From Candidatus Staskawiczbacteria bacterium (lineage in GTDB: Bacteria; Patescibacteriota; Minisyncoccia; Minisyncoccales; Staskawiczbacteraceae), in NCBI GenBank assembly GCA_023245155.1, contig JAHFKV010000001.1:597395-661394 (forward strand): a DNA stretch of 64,000 nucleotides, written 5' to 3'. Position numbers and translations under genes: made by a program. The notes under the pieces were generated by a model, which was not told the DNA's origin, made no database searches, and saw nothing but the letters and a program-made list of their open reading frames with translations. Shown here piece after piece: positions 1-9,473 of this stretch (position 1 is its first letter; the number at the start of each line of letters is the position of its first letter).

Positions 1-390
1 ATTCAAAAGCAGTTCTTGATAATTATATCCGGCTATTTCTTTGGGATACCCATTGGCCAGCTCTTCAATGGCTAAGGCTTCATTGTCCGCCAATGCTTTT
101 AATTGTTCGGGCGTCATGTGCTGCTTATGGCCCAGCTGAATATCACCGGTAATCATTTCGGCGTCATCGTGAACTAACGCCAAAGCCCGCGCTTTATTCC
201 AATCAAATCCGGGTAAGTCATTTTGAAAAGCTTTGAAAAATTCATCTATCAGAAAGAAAACCCTGAGGCTGTGGTGCCAAAGCGTAGAACGATAATAAAA
301 CACATCAAACATTGAATATCTTTTGATGCTTCTTAGCTTCTCTTCACGGCTCTTGGGGAAATCTTTAAGTAGTTCTTGATGGTTTAACAT
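1..390 (-). CDS. HD-domain phosphohydrolase, YfbR-like 5'-deoxynucleotidase type (partial; C-terminus beyond window start)
   Basis: Not in the ORF track because it runs off the edge. Manual reverse translation from ATG at 390 (alternative ATG at 312) gives MLNHQELLKDFPKSREEKLRSIKRYSMFDVFYYRSTLWHHSLRV...LALVHDDAEMITGDIQLGHKQ. This shows the H...HD..E..GD metal-site pattern. Confidence 0.55.
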   Translation of the reverse strand, partial: MLNHQELLKDFPKSREEKLRSIKRYSMFDVFYYRSTLWHHSLRVFFLIDEFFKAFQNDLPGFDWNKARALALVHDDAEMITGDIQLGHKQHMTPEQLKALADNEALAIEELANGYPKEIAGYNYQELLLN

Positions 391-1018
391 GTTTGATATT
401 AAAAACCAGAAAACAAATAATACCTCCAGCAAGGATTCCCACCAGATTCAGCAAAAAGATTGTAATGGCTCTGAGTGCCAAATCATCTGCCGGGTTAAAT
501 AATCCGATTCCAACCGCCACCAATGGCGGCATCAGTGAAACGGCAATACCAATGCCAGTCATAGCTGCGCCAACTTTAGAGCGCACCAATCCATATGCAC
601 CAATGAAGCCGGAAATAACCGCGATGAGTACATCAAAAAAGAGATTTGGAAAAAATGAAATGAGAACACCCTCGGCTGCGCCAAAATAACTTTTAACAAA
701 CAGCGAAAACAAACCACCAACCAATATGGCAAGTGCAATGGAAATAATGAGCATAAAAGAAGCGCGCATAAGTAATTTTATGTCACCGGTGACTATTCCC
801 AAACTCAACGACAAAATCGGATAAGCCAGCGGTGCCACAATCATGCTAGCAATCAAAACCGGAATGCTATCGGTCAAAATTCCACAGGCCGCAAGAATAA
901 TGGCTCCGATAACTAAAAGATAAAAATCCCGGTCTGGCCAGGTATTATGCAAAAGTTCGGCAATCGCTTTTTGCTTATCTTCTGTTGAGTACGGTTTTGA
1001 TGTGAAAAATAGTGACAT
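365..1018 (-). CDS. multi-pass membrane protein, DUF389-like
   Basis: 217-aa ORF with several hydrophobic helices. LLVIGAIILAACGILTDSIPVLIASMIVAPLAYPIL resembles the DUF389 core (recognised from memory). Confidence 0.45.
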   Translation of the reverse strand: MSLFFTSKPYSTEDKQKAIAELLHNTWPDRDFYLLVIGAIILAACGILTDSIPVLIASMIVAPLAYPILSLSLGIVTGDIKLLMRASFMLIISIALAILVGGLFSLFVKSYFGAAEGVLISFFPNLFFDVLIAVISGFIGAYGLVRSKVGAAMTGIGIAVSLMPPLVAVGIGLFNPADDLALRAITIFLLNLVGILAGGIICFLVFNIKHVKPSRTT

Positions 1019-1055
1019 GATTTTTATTTTTAATTATTTTTTATACTATACTGAT

Positions 1056-1955
1056 TTAGGTCTGGATTAAAGCAGCAATAAAAGAAGCTCCAACATCGAA
1101 CAAGACATACCGGTTTGAAGCCTTCTTTAATTCTTCTTCTAATTGCTCTGGAGTATATCGCAAGGATTCAAATAATAAAACCTTATCTCCGACGCAAACC
1201 CCCAGTTCTTTTAATTTTGGAGTGACGTGGAAAATTGATGACCATACTTCTATTTTGTCATTTGTTTCTCTCTTGGCGACATCTTTATCTGGGTCAAGTC
1301 CAAGTAGCCTTATTTTATCATCAGCGAGAATTAAAGCATCTTGAGCATATGCCTTTTGCAGTTCCGCCATATCCACTCTATTTCTCATTTGAGAATTTAC
1401 AAAAACATATCCACCGTTGCCTGCAATACGTTTTAGTAAATCCAGGGCAACCTGTGGGTAATAGTTTGAAAAAGTAAGACCCATGTTTACAAATCTAGGA
1501 ATAGTTGGTTCACCAAGAATTTCTGCGACTTCTTCAAATGCAGATTGGATGGGATGTACAGAAACGCCTTGGTCGCTGGCATGCTTACTAGCAAGCTCAA
1601 GATAATGTTGACTAATATCTACTGGAATGTACGTAAATATTTTTCCTTGTTTTTTTAGTTCATCAAAAAAGAATTGTTCTTTGTGCTCAGTTCCAGGACC
1701 GAGATCAACATACTCAAAATTCTCAGGCAGCAAGCTTGTCACTTTTTGGGCGATTGATTTTAGATATTCCCGCTCAGGCTTAGTGACAAGATTAAAATAT
1801 AGGGTACTCTCTGCTTGCAAAGATTCATACTCTTGCACACTGGATGATATGTAGAGAAGTAATGAGTCTGAATAATCCCACACATGTGGCTTAATAGGCT
1901 GGATAGAACTAAAAGCTCGCTTTTTAAACCACTCGGCATTATATTTGTTTTCCAT
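1056..1955 (-). CDS. SAM-dependent methyltransferase, EgtD-like (Methyltransf_33-type)
   Basis: 299 aa. YVDLGPGTEHKE...YIPVDISQHYLE and NMGLTFSNY resemble the layout of histidine N-alpha-methyltransferases. Confidence 0.45.
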   Translation of the reverse strand: MENKYNAEWFKKRAFSSIQPIKPHVWDYSDSLLLYISSSVQEYESLQAESTLYFNLVTKPEREYLKSIAQKVTSLLPENFEYVDLGPGTEHKEQFFFDELKKQGKIFTYIPVDISQHYLELASKHASDQGVSVHPIQSAFEEVAEILGEPTIPRFVNMGLTFSNYYPQVALDLLKRIAGNGGYVFVNSQMRNRVDMAELQKAYAQDALILADDKIRLLGLDPDKDVAKRETNDKIEVWSSIFHVTPKLKELGVCVGDKVLLFESLRYTPEQLEEELKKASNRYVLFDVGASFIAALIQT

Positions 1956-2031
1956 ATAGATTAAAATCTTATTTCAAAAATCCATTTTTTGGCGTATTCA
2001 GTGTTCATATATTCTCATTTAAAAATTATTT

Positions 2032-2511
2032 TCAAATTATCTTGAGCTCCTTAAACCATTCATACCACACCGGTTCGAGCCCCGGAGAGCTTTCCCATTC
2101 ACCTTCTTTAATTTCACCACGAAGATACCGCTCGGTTTTTACCGCAAGCGCCAATAAATCATCCTTTGTATAAAAGCCCACTTGCTTGGTTTCATCTTCA
2201 GCAGCCTTTATGGTTCCATCTGCTTGGGCTTGATATATTTTCCAGTAGTGCCAAGTGCCACCTTCACGCCGGCAAGGATTTTCTTTCCTCCCTTCAACCA
2301 ACAGCCGAAGATCTTGCGCCTTCAAACCAACTTCTTCTTGAAGTTCATCGGTTGCTGCTTGTTCAAATGAACCATGGTCATCTACATGGCCGGCAGGCAA
2401 GGCAAATCCAAGCGGAAATCTTTTCCTCTCAATAAGTAACAGATTGGCGCCTTTCCAAACCAGGATTCCAACACTTGTGTGGTCACACTTCTGAGACATG
2501 AAGATTACCAT
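2032..2511 (-). CDS. NUDIX hydrolase
   Basis: Nudix-box-like GHVDDHGSFEQAATDELQEEVGL with the core ELxEExGL intact. Overlaps the upstream gene end, so the true start may be the internal MSQKC. Confidence 0.75.
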   Translation of the reverse strand: MVIFMSQKCDHTSVGILVWKGANLLLIERKRFPLGFALPAGHVDDHGSFEQAATDELQEEVGLKAQDLRLLVEGRKENPCRREGGTWHYWKIYQAQADGTIKAAEDETKQVGFYTKDDLLALAVKTERYLRGEIKEGEWESSPGLEPVWYEWFKELKII

Positions 2512-2950
2512 TAAGAATTATTGGTTTCATTCCCATAATTTCCTGTTTATATGAAAGTTGTGAAGACACTTGATGTAATATGTAAATTTTCTTTTTCAGG
2601 TAAAAGGCCACTCCTATTTCTATTAAAGTATTGCCGCCAATATATCCTGCCACACCACGCTTATCATGATTAACCACTAAAATAGCATCACACCAGTCAA
2701 TCTTTTCATAATGATTTTTAATGGCTTCCCCTTTTAAGTCCCAAATTTTATGGCCTGCTTCAAAGGCATCAATTCCCCCATGTTCTTCAATGTATTGGCC
2801 AAAATAGGTTTTTTTACCTCCTCCGAATTCTTTAGGAGCTTCCAAGGCCAGCCTGGGTATTTTTACTTGGTGCCCATGCTTCTCTAGTTCAGCTCGGGTT
2901 AATTCTATCTCTGAATAAAAAGCAGTGCTGCCACAAATAGTTATTTTCAT
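2483..2950 (-). CDS. nucleoside 2-deoxyribosyltransferase / Rcl-like protein
   Basis: 155 aa. AILVVNHDKRGVAGYIGGNTLIEIGVAFYLKKKIYIL matches the conserved Glu-containing G..xE.G.A motif of the NDT fold. Confidence 0.5.
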   Translation of the reverse strand: MKITICGSTAFYSEIELTRAELEKHGHQVKIPRLALEAPKEFGGGKKTYFGQYIEEHGGIDAFEAGHKIWDLKGEAIKNHYEKIDWCDAILVVNHDKRGVAGYIGGNTLIEIGVAFYLKKKIYILHQVSSQLSYKQEIMGMKPIILNGNLHVSEV

Positions 2951-2954
2951 AGTT

Positions 2955-3368
2955 TTATATCAACCTCAAGAAATCTTCGGGAGTTTTATAATATTCATTG
3001 AAAATGTAATACAGTGTTTCTGGTTTTTCGGGCTCGCCAATCAGAATTAATTTCTTCTTAAGCCCGAAAGCAATACCAGCTTCCATATGCGAAGAATTAC
3101 CGCCCGGCAATAAAAAAACTATCGTTTTAGCACCTTGCAAGGCTTCTAGATCTTTTTTGAAATGATTTTCATGCACTGGATCATTCAAAAAATCAGGATG
3201 AGATTCAAGCCGTTTCATTTGTTCTTCTGGTGATAAATGCGGAACTTCGGGGTGGGCCGGTTTTTCCGAGAAATCATAACAGGTAAAACCTTTTGCCCGA
3301 ATAGCCCGGACTAATCTTTGCACATTTTCCCTATTCCGATATTTTCCAATAACCATATAGTCTGCCAT
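2955..3368 (-). CDS. nucleoside 2-deoxyribosyltransferase / Rcl-like protein (second paralog)
   Basis: 137 aa. TIVFLLPGGNSSHMEAGIAFGLKKKLILIG shows the same NDT-type motif. Gap of 4 nt to the next gene. Confidence 0.5.
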   Translation of the reverse strand: MADYMVIGKYRNRENVQRLVRAIRAKGFTCYDFSEKPAHPEVPHLSPEEQMKRLESHPDFLNDPVHENHFKKDLEALQGAKTIVFLLPGGNSSHMEAGIAFGLKKKLILIGEPEKPETLYYIFNEYYKTPEDFLRLI

Positions 3369-3381
3369 GCGAAGTTTATGT

Positions 3382-3924
3382 TTAAAATTTCATATTATAC
3401 CAATTCAAGCCATACTCCTTCTGGATTAAAATCCGTTCGCCCTCGTTTGAAGTCCGGTTATTTTCCAAACCCAGTAATTTCATTCCTTCTTTCAAGTGTT
3501 CTTCGCTTTTGCCCTCAATCTCTAAATACGCTGGCATGCCCGGATATTGGTCAATGTCAAAATGCCAATCCCCAAAACTGAATGATACCCTGTCTTTTTC
3601 TTGATGACCATATTTTTCCAATCCCAATTCTGTAAATAAGGCAGCTACCTCTTTGGGCTCCTCAACAAGAAAGCTAATTTCCCTCCGCACCTTACCGATT
3701 CCCATAGTTTTTGGATCTCCCTTCCATGTCACCTCATGCTTGCCTTCTTTGTCAGACCGTATTCTCAAAAACCAATTAGCACTTCCCTCTTTCTCTCCCT
3801 TGGTTTGATACCAGTCAACAAAAAGCCTCGTTTCCTGTATTTTTACAGCTCCTAAACCAATCAATTTTTCAATAATCTTATTTTTATCAATATCCAATAC
3901 CTTTGTCTCAATTTCGTAGGGCAT
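3382..3924 (-). CDS. CYTH-domain protein (triphosphate tunnel metalloenzyme / class IV adenylyl cyclase-like)
   Basis: 180 aa starting MPYEIETKV (ExExK signature), with YLEIEG near the C-terminus. Confidence 0.7.
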   Translation of the reverse strand: MPYEIETKVLDIDKNKIIEKLIGLGAVKIQETRLFVDWYQTKGEKEGSANWFLRIRSDKEGKHEVTWKGDPKTMGIGKVRREISFLVEEPKEVAALFTELGLEKYGHQEKDRVSFSFGDWHFDIDQYPGMPAYLEIEGKSEEHLKEGMKLLGLENNRTSNEGERILIQKEYGLNWYNMKF

Positions 3925-4568
3925 TAGATTTCAGTTTTCCTTAATTCTTCGATCAAGTTATTTACTTTCTCATTATTAACGTCTTCTGGTTTCAAATCGG
4001 TTTTACCGAAAATTACTTTTTCTATGTTTTCAAGAGATTGCACAAGTGAATCAAACTTTGCTCCAGCAATTGAGTGTTTCTTACCTGCATATCTTTTTTG
4101 ACCTTCTATAATCCGGTCATTCATAGAAAGTACACCATAAGGACCTACCCGCATATCAACATAGTTACAAACCTTATATTCCATCACATTGTCTTGGTCA
4201 TTTTCAGTAGCATGCGAAAATCCAATACGCTCAATACAGTGCAGAGCAGCTACCGGCAAACCAGCTTCTTTGGCAATAGTAATCGTTGCAGCATGTTCGT
4301 CTGGCCCATATTTTTCAAGAAATTCATTCTTTACTCCCTGCCAATATTCTAAACCTTCTGGCTGCAGAAATTCTGGGAAGATGGAAAGATCAGACTTGAT
4401 AATATTTCCCATATCGTGAAATAAGCAAGCTAACAGCACAGAATCTTTATCGATAGGATCTTTAAACTGATTCACAATCACTTTTGCTACCCCCGCTACC
4501 CGCAATTGGTGTAGCTGGAGTGTAGGCATAATTTTGTAGTGGTTATAAATTTCTTGGACGGTTTTCAT
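3924..4568 (-). CDS. HD-domain phosphohydrolase
   Basis: 214 aa with LHQLRVAG...LFHDMGNI (H...HD motif). Its stop overlaps the CYTH start by 1 nt. Confidence 0.7.
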   Translation of the reverse strand: MKTVQEIYNHYKIMPTLQLHQLRVAGVAKVIVNQFKDPIDKDSVLLACLFHDMGNIIKSDLSIFPEFLQPEGLEYWQGVKNEFLEKYGPDEHAATITIAKEAGLPVAALHCIERIGFSHATENDQDNVMEYKVCNYVDMRVGPYGVLSMNDRIIEGQKRYAGKKHSIAGAKFDSLVQSLENIEKVIFGKTDLKPEDVNNEKVNNLIEELRKTEI

Positions 4569-4652
4569 AATCCTAGAGCTTCATAAAATCATTGAGATTT
4601 ATAAAGTTAAAATTTTCCATCTTGTTATGCGTCTCAGTCGGGCTCAATAATA

Positions 4653-5627
4653 TTAATTTATCAAAACATCTTCCAATTTTTTACGATTTGATCCGTAAGG
4701 TTGTTTAGTAGCTTTACCTATTCTGTATAATGCTACAGGTACGGGTACTCCGGTAAGCTCTGCAACTTTTAGAGCAGTTGATTTCTCGTCAATAGCAATT
4801 GAAAATGGATGACAACTATAACCTGCACCAGCTATAGCGACCCAAGATCTAAGGAGTCTCCGACCGGCATCCAATAAAGATCCAGGACTCATGTCATTCG
4901 CTGCTAATACGGCAGCTTTTGGTGCCGCGATGAACATTGCGACATCGCGAGTCGAATAGAGTTTTTCTACAAACTTTGACTTCAGTTGTCCACGCCAAAA
5001 CGCAAAGCGCAGTGCCAATGTATCAAGTATATCGAATCTCATTTGAGGACCAGTAAATCCATCTGGGGCGGTAAGGTCTTTTCTATACCAAACATAAAGA
5101 TCGCGAACAAATCGTGGGTTATTCCATGACTTCATACTAGCTTCGGTTACAACTTCTTTCAACAACCTTGGTTCAATAAGAATGTTACCCAACTTTTTTA
5201 ATTCAGCCTCTAGTTCAAGACTTAAAGGTTCTTTAGAGTAGGGATTTCGATTCGTAACCCTTTTACTGATAAATTTTGAAAGAGGGTCAACTTCACTGCC
5301 AGGAGCAGCTTTTTCTATAAGAACTTCGGCGATATATAAATCATCTCCACTCCTTTCAAGCTTGAGATCAACGTCCACTTTGAGACCAAAATTTGATGCT
5401 TCAAGAGCCAATGTTTCAATAAATGCACCCATGGTAAGGTATGCGTCTCTGTCATCGGGGTCTTCAGGTAAATAATCATTGTGGTCATAGTGTATTTCAT
5501 AACTATGTCCACCTGGTAATGGCTTTATTTTCCAGGGCTGGGCATTGTGAGCCGAAGGAGATCTCAGAGCTGCCGTCAATAGCCCTATATGCTCTGGATT
5601 TACTTTGCGTATTAAATCTTTCAGCAT
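4653..5627 (-). CDS. nitroreductase-family FMN oxidoreductase (two-lobed, Acg-like size)
   Basis: 324 aa. The N-terminal LLTAALRSPSAHNAQPW is the nitroreductase signature. Confidence 0.65.
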   Translation of the reverse strand: MLKDLIRKVNPEHIGLLTAALRSPSAHNAQPWKIKPLPGGHSYEIHYDHNDYLPEDPDDRDAYLTMGAFIETLALEASNFGLKVDVDLKLERSGDDLYIAEVLIEKAAPGSEVDPLSKFISKRVTNRNPYSKEPLSLELEAELKKLGNILIEPRLLKEVVTEASMKSWNNPRFVRDLYVWYRKDLTAPDGFTGPQMRFDILDTLALRFAFWRGQLKSKFVEKLYSTRDVAMFIAAPKAAVLAANDMSPGSLLDAGRRLLRSWVAIAGAGYSCHPFSIAIDEKSTALKVAELTGVPVPVALYRIGKATKQPYGSNRKKLEDVLIN

Positions 5628-5638
5628 GTTATTTATTG

Positions 5639-7195
5639 TTACTTTGTTAAGATGTATCTGCGCTTTATACGATCATTCATGTCTTTAAATGGCCCGCTAT
5701 TTGTTTGATGAATTTTTACCTCAATATTTTTTGCTTTCGGATCTTCGGCGATAGATGTTTTAAAATCTCTGCTATTTTTTGCTAATCTTTCCACAATCCT
5801 TTCCGACAATTTTTTTTCGGAAAGCTCCCCCTTTTGATTATCATCTTGAAGTTCGATATGTACAACCGGATGAGGATGACCTTCAACATCTTCGACCAAT
5901 TCCATAGCAAAACCCTTTATAATATCTTTTTCAGATTCAGGAGCATCACCAAATACTGCCTGTTCAACATCTTCGGGATAAATGTTTGCGCCCAAATACG
6001 AGATAGTGCTATCGCTACGTCCACCAATAAAAAGAAATGGTAATTCAGGATGTTTTCCCGCATAAGGAAGTGGAGCTTGAGTTATTGGATCCAGATTAAA
6101 TTTTTTACAAGTATCAATTACATAATCAAAATCAAGTTTACCTCCTACGTCATGAACATTATAGCGAAGACGCGGCGAAAGAGCGCTCGATCTGTTCACT
6201 GTTACTACAAGTTCATCTCTTTCATTCTGCTCAACATAGTAATCCAATGGGTCGTATTGGAAAAGCATTGGCAACCGCCTAGCATCTTTAAATAGCGCTT
6301 GAGCAAGCTCAGGATTTTTAGCCGCCTGTTGACGTATCCAAACACTTAATGGAAATTCACTCGCAACGCCAATATCCAAATCACTGGCTCCATAAGCCGA
6401 ATTTACTGACTGAAAATATTCTAGTAATTTTGATCGTAAAATTTCACTCATGCCTTCTCCACCGACAATACCGATCATTTTGTATTCATGCCACGGAAAA
6501 TTACGTTTTTTTCCAAATTCCAGTAACTCTAATAAAAAAGGTGGGTATCCGGTAATAATATAGGTACGATCCTTGCCAATCATTTCAAAAACACTTAACA
6601 TCTTTTCGGCGTCTGGCCCGGTTGATTTAAGAAGTCCATTCTGCACCAGTGCCATACTAACGTTGGTGCCGGTTGCCCAAGCACCCATCGAAAAACCATT
6701 GATGGTAACAGTATCCGGACCATAAAGAAATGTTGCTAGCCTACTGAGTGTTTTACGCATCTGGATAAGTTCCCGGTGTCCTCTTAGCCAATTATAAGGC
6801 TTACCAGAAGATCCTGAGCTTTCATCAATTTCAGCATCGTGAAACGGTATTTGACCACCAACACAACGCTGGGCGGTTGAATACATATTAATGTAATTTT
6901 TCTTATTGGTTTCAGGTAGATTTTTTATCCGATCTTTCAAACTACCTTTTACGATGTTGATGCCTGCTTTATCAAGAAAGTCGCTATATGCCGGCACCTC
7001 ACGACAAGCTTTTTTAAATTGCAGAGCTGCGCCAATGGGACTCAGTTTTACGCCAATACGACTGCTCCTTCTTGAGACAAGAATTCTGTTAAACATTCTT
7101 TGTGATTTCAGCGAAGTTTCTCTGACAGCGAGAGCAAAGTAAAGAGAGATTCTATCTAGTAAGGATACGCTTAGTTTTATTTTTGATTTCATCAT
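5639..7195 (-). CDS. adenylate-forming enzyme (PaaK / F390-synthetase / CapK-like)
   Basis: ESSGSSGKPYNW is an AMP-binding-type motif. The ORF-track version (to 7306) runs through tRNA-Gln, so I trimmed it to the ATG-ATG at 7195/7192 (MMKSKIKL). Confidence 0.6.
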   Translation of the reverse strand: MMKSKIKLSVSLLDRISLYFALAVRETSLKSQRMFNRILVSRRSSRIGVKLSPIGAALQFKKACREVPAYSDFLDKAGINIVKGSLKDRIKNLPETNKKNYINMYSTAQRCVGGQIPFHDAEIDESSGSSGKPYNWLRGHRELIQMRKTLSRLATFLYGPDTVTINGFSMGAWATGTNVSMALVQNGLLKSTGPDAEKMLSVFEMIGKDRTYIITGYPPFLLELLEFGKKRNFPWHEYKMIGIVGGEGMSEILRSKLLEYFQSVNSAYGASDLDIGVASEFPLSVWIRQQAAKNPELAQALFKDARRLPMLFQYDPLDYYVEQNERDELVVTVNRSSALSPRLRYNVHDVGGKLDFDYVIDTCKKFNLDPITQAPLPYAGKHPELPFLFIGGRSDSTISYLGANIYPEDVEQAVFGDAPESEKDIIKGFAMELVEDVEGHPHPVVHIELQDDNQKGELSEKKLSERIVERLAKNSRDFKTSIAEDPKAKNIEVKIHQTNSGPFKDMNDRIKRRYILTK

Positions 7196-7234
7196 AAATT
7201 CCGCGAACAAGAAAACGGCAAATTTTGTCCACTG

Positions 7235-7305
7235 CTGCGGGACTTGGATTCGAACCAAGATAGTCAGATCCAGAATCTGAAGTCCTACCATTAGACGATC
7301 CCGCA
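7235..7305 (-). tRNA. tRNA-Gln (anticodon CTG)
   Basis: Hand-folded cloverleaf: acceptor TGCGGGA/TCCCGCA, anticodon stem TCAGA/TCTGA, loop TTCTGGA, T-arm CTTGG-TTCGAAT-CCAAG. 71 nt. Confidence 0.85.
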
Positions 7306-7351
7306 ATATTTAATATAATTTTCCCTCCTGTGTCCTATCCCGGAGTAAAAT

Positions 7352-8260
7352 TTACACTTTCAAGTATTTACGAACTACGATAAAACTCAATACGCTGGCC
7401 AAGCCCATACCCGCCACCAGTTGAATGGCAACGACGATTAACAGGTTGCGAATGAAATATCCTGAAAGGCTAAAACCCGGCATAATCACCCCTAAGCCGT
7501 TAGCTAGCGCATAAGCAACAACGGAAGTGATGGCAAAGCAAATCGCAAAGGAAATGGCTCCAAAAATCACCCCCTGGATAACAAACGGCGCCCGGATGAA
7601 CCAATTGGAAGCCCCCACCACCCGCATGGTGCTGATTTCTTGGCTAGAGCCCTCAATAATCAGCTTAATGGTGTTAAGGACCACCAAAATGGCAATAATC
7701 AGCAGTACCGCGCCCAGCCCCAGCCCGAATTTGGTAATGCCTGAAGTGATGGCAAAGACTTTTTCTATAGTATCCTTTTTTTCTAAAAAATCAACCTTAC
7801 TAACCAGGGCAGCGTATTTATCTTGCTGTAAGAATTCCGCAATACCCTGGTACTGTGAAGTGTCGCCATTGGTGACAATATTGAGCGATGGCGGGAACGG
7901 ATTCTGGCCCACTTCGGTTAAAGCTTTGGAAAAGGCGGGACCATCTTGGTGTTTGGCGGTAAAATCGGCTAGAGCCTGGTCTTTTGAAACATATTCCACG
8001 CTTTTAATAATTGGAAAACTTTGGGCCAAATCTTGTTTAACTTGCAACACATCTGATTCGGCCGAATCGGCGTTAAAGTAAGCGGTTATATCAATTTTAT
8101 CTTGCACCTCGGTAATTAAGTAACTACTGATTCCTTGCATGAAAAAGAGCCCGGTAATGAGCAAGGTGGTGATGGTTAAAATAAAAATGGCGGCCACGGA
8201 AGTGCCCTTGTTGCGGTAAAAATGCTGGAACGCAAATTGTAAAACACGTTTGAAGTCCAT
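7352..8260 (-). CDS. ftsX: cell division permease FtsX
   Basis: 302 aa with an N-terminal TM, a large extracytoplasmic loop and 3 C-terminal TMs. Immediately downstream of ftsE. Confidence 0.85.
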   Translation of the reverse strand: MDFKRVLQFAFQHFYRNKGTSVAAIFILTITTLLITGLFFMQGISSYLITEVQDKIDITAYFNADSAESDVLQVKQDLAQSFPIIKSVEYVSKDQALADFTAKHQDGPAFSKALTEVGQNPFPPSLNIVTNGDTSQYQGIAEFLQQDKYAALVSKVDFLEKKDTIEKVFAITSGITKFGLGLGAVLLIIAILVVLNTIKLIIEGSSQEISTMRVVGASNWFIRAPFVIQGVIFGAISFAICFAITSVVAYALANGLGVIMPGFSLSGYFIRNLLIVVAIQLVAGMGLASVLSFIVVRKYLKV

Positions 8261-8271
8261 GACGTTAAAAA

Positions 8272-8952
8272 TTAAATAATAAAGCGGCCCTTTTCTTCAT
8301 CGCGGATGACTTTACCGTTTTCAATAGTAATCACCCGCTTACCTAATTTGTTGATAACTTCCCGGTCATGAGTTGATAAAATAACGGTTTTACCCGCCCG
8401 ATTAATTTTTTCTAATAAGGAAATCACCTCGTAAGTATTATACGGATCCAGGTTTCCCGTGGGCTCGTCTGCCACAATCACATCGGGCTGGTTGACTAAA
8501 GCTCGGGCCACCGCCAAGCGCTGCTGTTCACCACCGGAAAGTTCGTCCGGAAAATTATCCGATTTTTCTTTTAAACCGATGAGTTCTAGTACCTGGGGTA
8601 CGCGCACGGCAATTTCTTCATTGGTTTTCCCTTCAATTTCCATCACATAGGCCACGTTTTCATGAACCGTTTTTTGGGGCAGTAATTTGTAATCTTGGTA
8701 AATGCCGCCAATTTGCCGCCGAATTTTTTGTAAGGCCTCGCCATGGATTTTGTGGATATTTTCGCCTTCAAAAAACACATCTCCATAGGTTGGAGCTTCC
8801 AAACCCAGAATCATTTTTATCACGGTGGTTTTTCCCGCGCCCGATTTTCCCACAATGGAAACAAACTCGCCTTTTTTCACCTCAAAAGACACTTCTTGGA
8901 GCACAATATCTCCGGATGGATATATTTTTGTAACTTTTTCGAACCTAATCAT
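8272..8952 (-). CDS. ftsE: cell division ATP-binding protein FtsE
   Basis: Walker [13 protein letters not shown] signature LSGGEQQR, Walker B VIVADEPT. Confidence 0.9.
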   Translation of the reverse strand: MIRFEKVTKIYPSGDIVLQEVSFEVKKGEFVSIVGKSGAGKTTVIKMILGLEAPTYGDVFFEGENIHKIHGEALQKIRRQIGGIYQDYKLLPQKTVHENVAYVMEIEGKTNEEIAVRVPQVLELIGLKEKSDNFPDELSGGEQQRLAVARALVNQPDVIVADEPTGNLDPYNTYEVISLLEKINRAGKTVILSTHDREVINKLGKRVITIENGKVIRDEEKGRFII

Positions 8953-8958
8953 GCACTC

Positions 8959-8987
8959 ATCTTACTACATAAAAAACGGAGATTCAA
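8959..8987 (-). promoter_or_regulatory. ftsE promoter TTGAAT-N17-TAAGAT, only 6 nt from the ATG (leaderless-type)
   Basis: Minus strand reads TTGAATctccgttttttatgtagTAAGATgagtgcATG. Confidence 0.45.
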
Positions 8988-8996
8988 TGAAATGGA

Positions 8997-9033
8997 AAAG
9001 CCTCTATTGTAGATGTACTACGCTAGAGGCTTT
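8997..9033 (-). terminator. hairpin terminator of cassette A
   Basis: Minus strand reads AAGCCTCTA-(17 nt)-TAGAGGCTT followed by TTTTCC. Confidence 0.5.
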
Positions 9034-9055
9034 CGCTATTTCCGGCATAGCTGCC

Positions 9056-9424
9056 TTAATCCGAAAAAAGCTTTCTGGCAGTTTCCCGCCATTCGGGGTC
9101 GCTCTTGCGCACGACCCTTCTTATCTTTTTCCAGTTCTCACGCATGACGGGTGACGGCCCCCACGAAATACTCTTTCCGTTCTTGTCGAAAAGGAAGCAT
9201 CCGTAGTGGTTTGAAGTTTCTCTGACCAAAAAGATCCCGTCATCTTTTTCAATCAGGTCACCGACGGCCAGATACTGGAGCCTTCGGTCGAGCTCTCGGA
9301 CTTGTTCCTGCTCTTCGGACGACAGGTCATCCAATGGACCTGGTCCGTGCGCCACCCATGCCGTACCGCAAGCTGCAGCAACGAGCACCAAGACCAACGT
9401 CCAAAAGGCACTTTTGCGACTCAT
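9056..9424 (-). CDS. hypothetical secreted or lipoprotein-like protein (GC-rich cassette A)
   Basis: 122 aa. Signal-like MSRKSAFWTLVLVLVAAAC. SD AAGGAG lies 6 nt before the ATG. Codons are GC-rich compared with the neighbours. Confidence 0.55.
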   Translation of the reverse strand: MSRKSAFWTLVLVLVAAACGTAWVAHGPGPLDDLSSEEQEQVRELDRRLQYLAVGDLIEKDDGIFLVRETSNHYGCFLFDKNGKSISWGPSPVMRENWKKIRRVVRKSDPEWRETARKLFSD

Positions 9425-9473
9425 GGAAAACTCCTTGTGCTATTCGAAAATTTATGTTTGCCCACGTGATACA

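Noticed and set aside
7196-7306. The 5' extension of the 555-aa ORF (5639..7306) reading MRDRLMVGLQILDLTILVRIQVPQQ
   Set aside because: This stretch is the reverse-strand sequence of tRNA-Gln (7235-7305) read as protein. The real CDS most likely starts at the ATG-ATG at 7195/7192.
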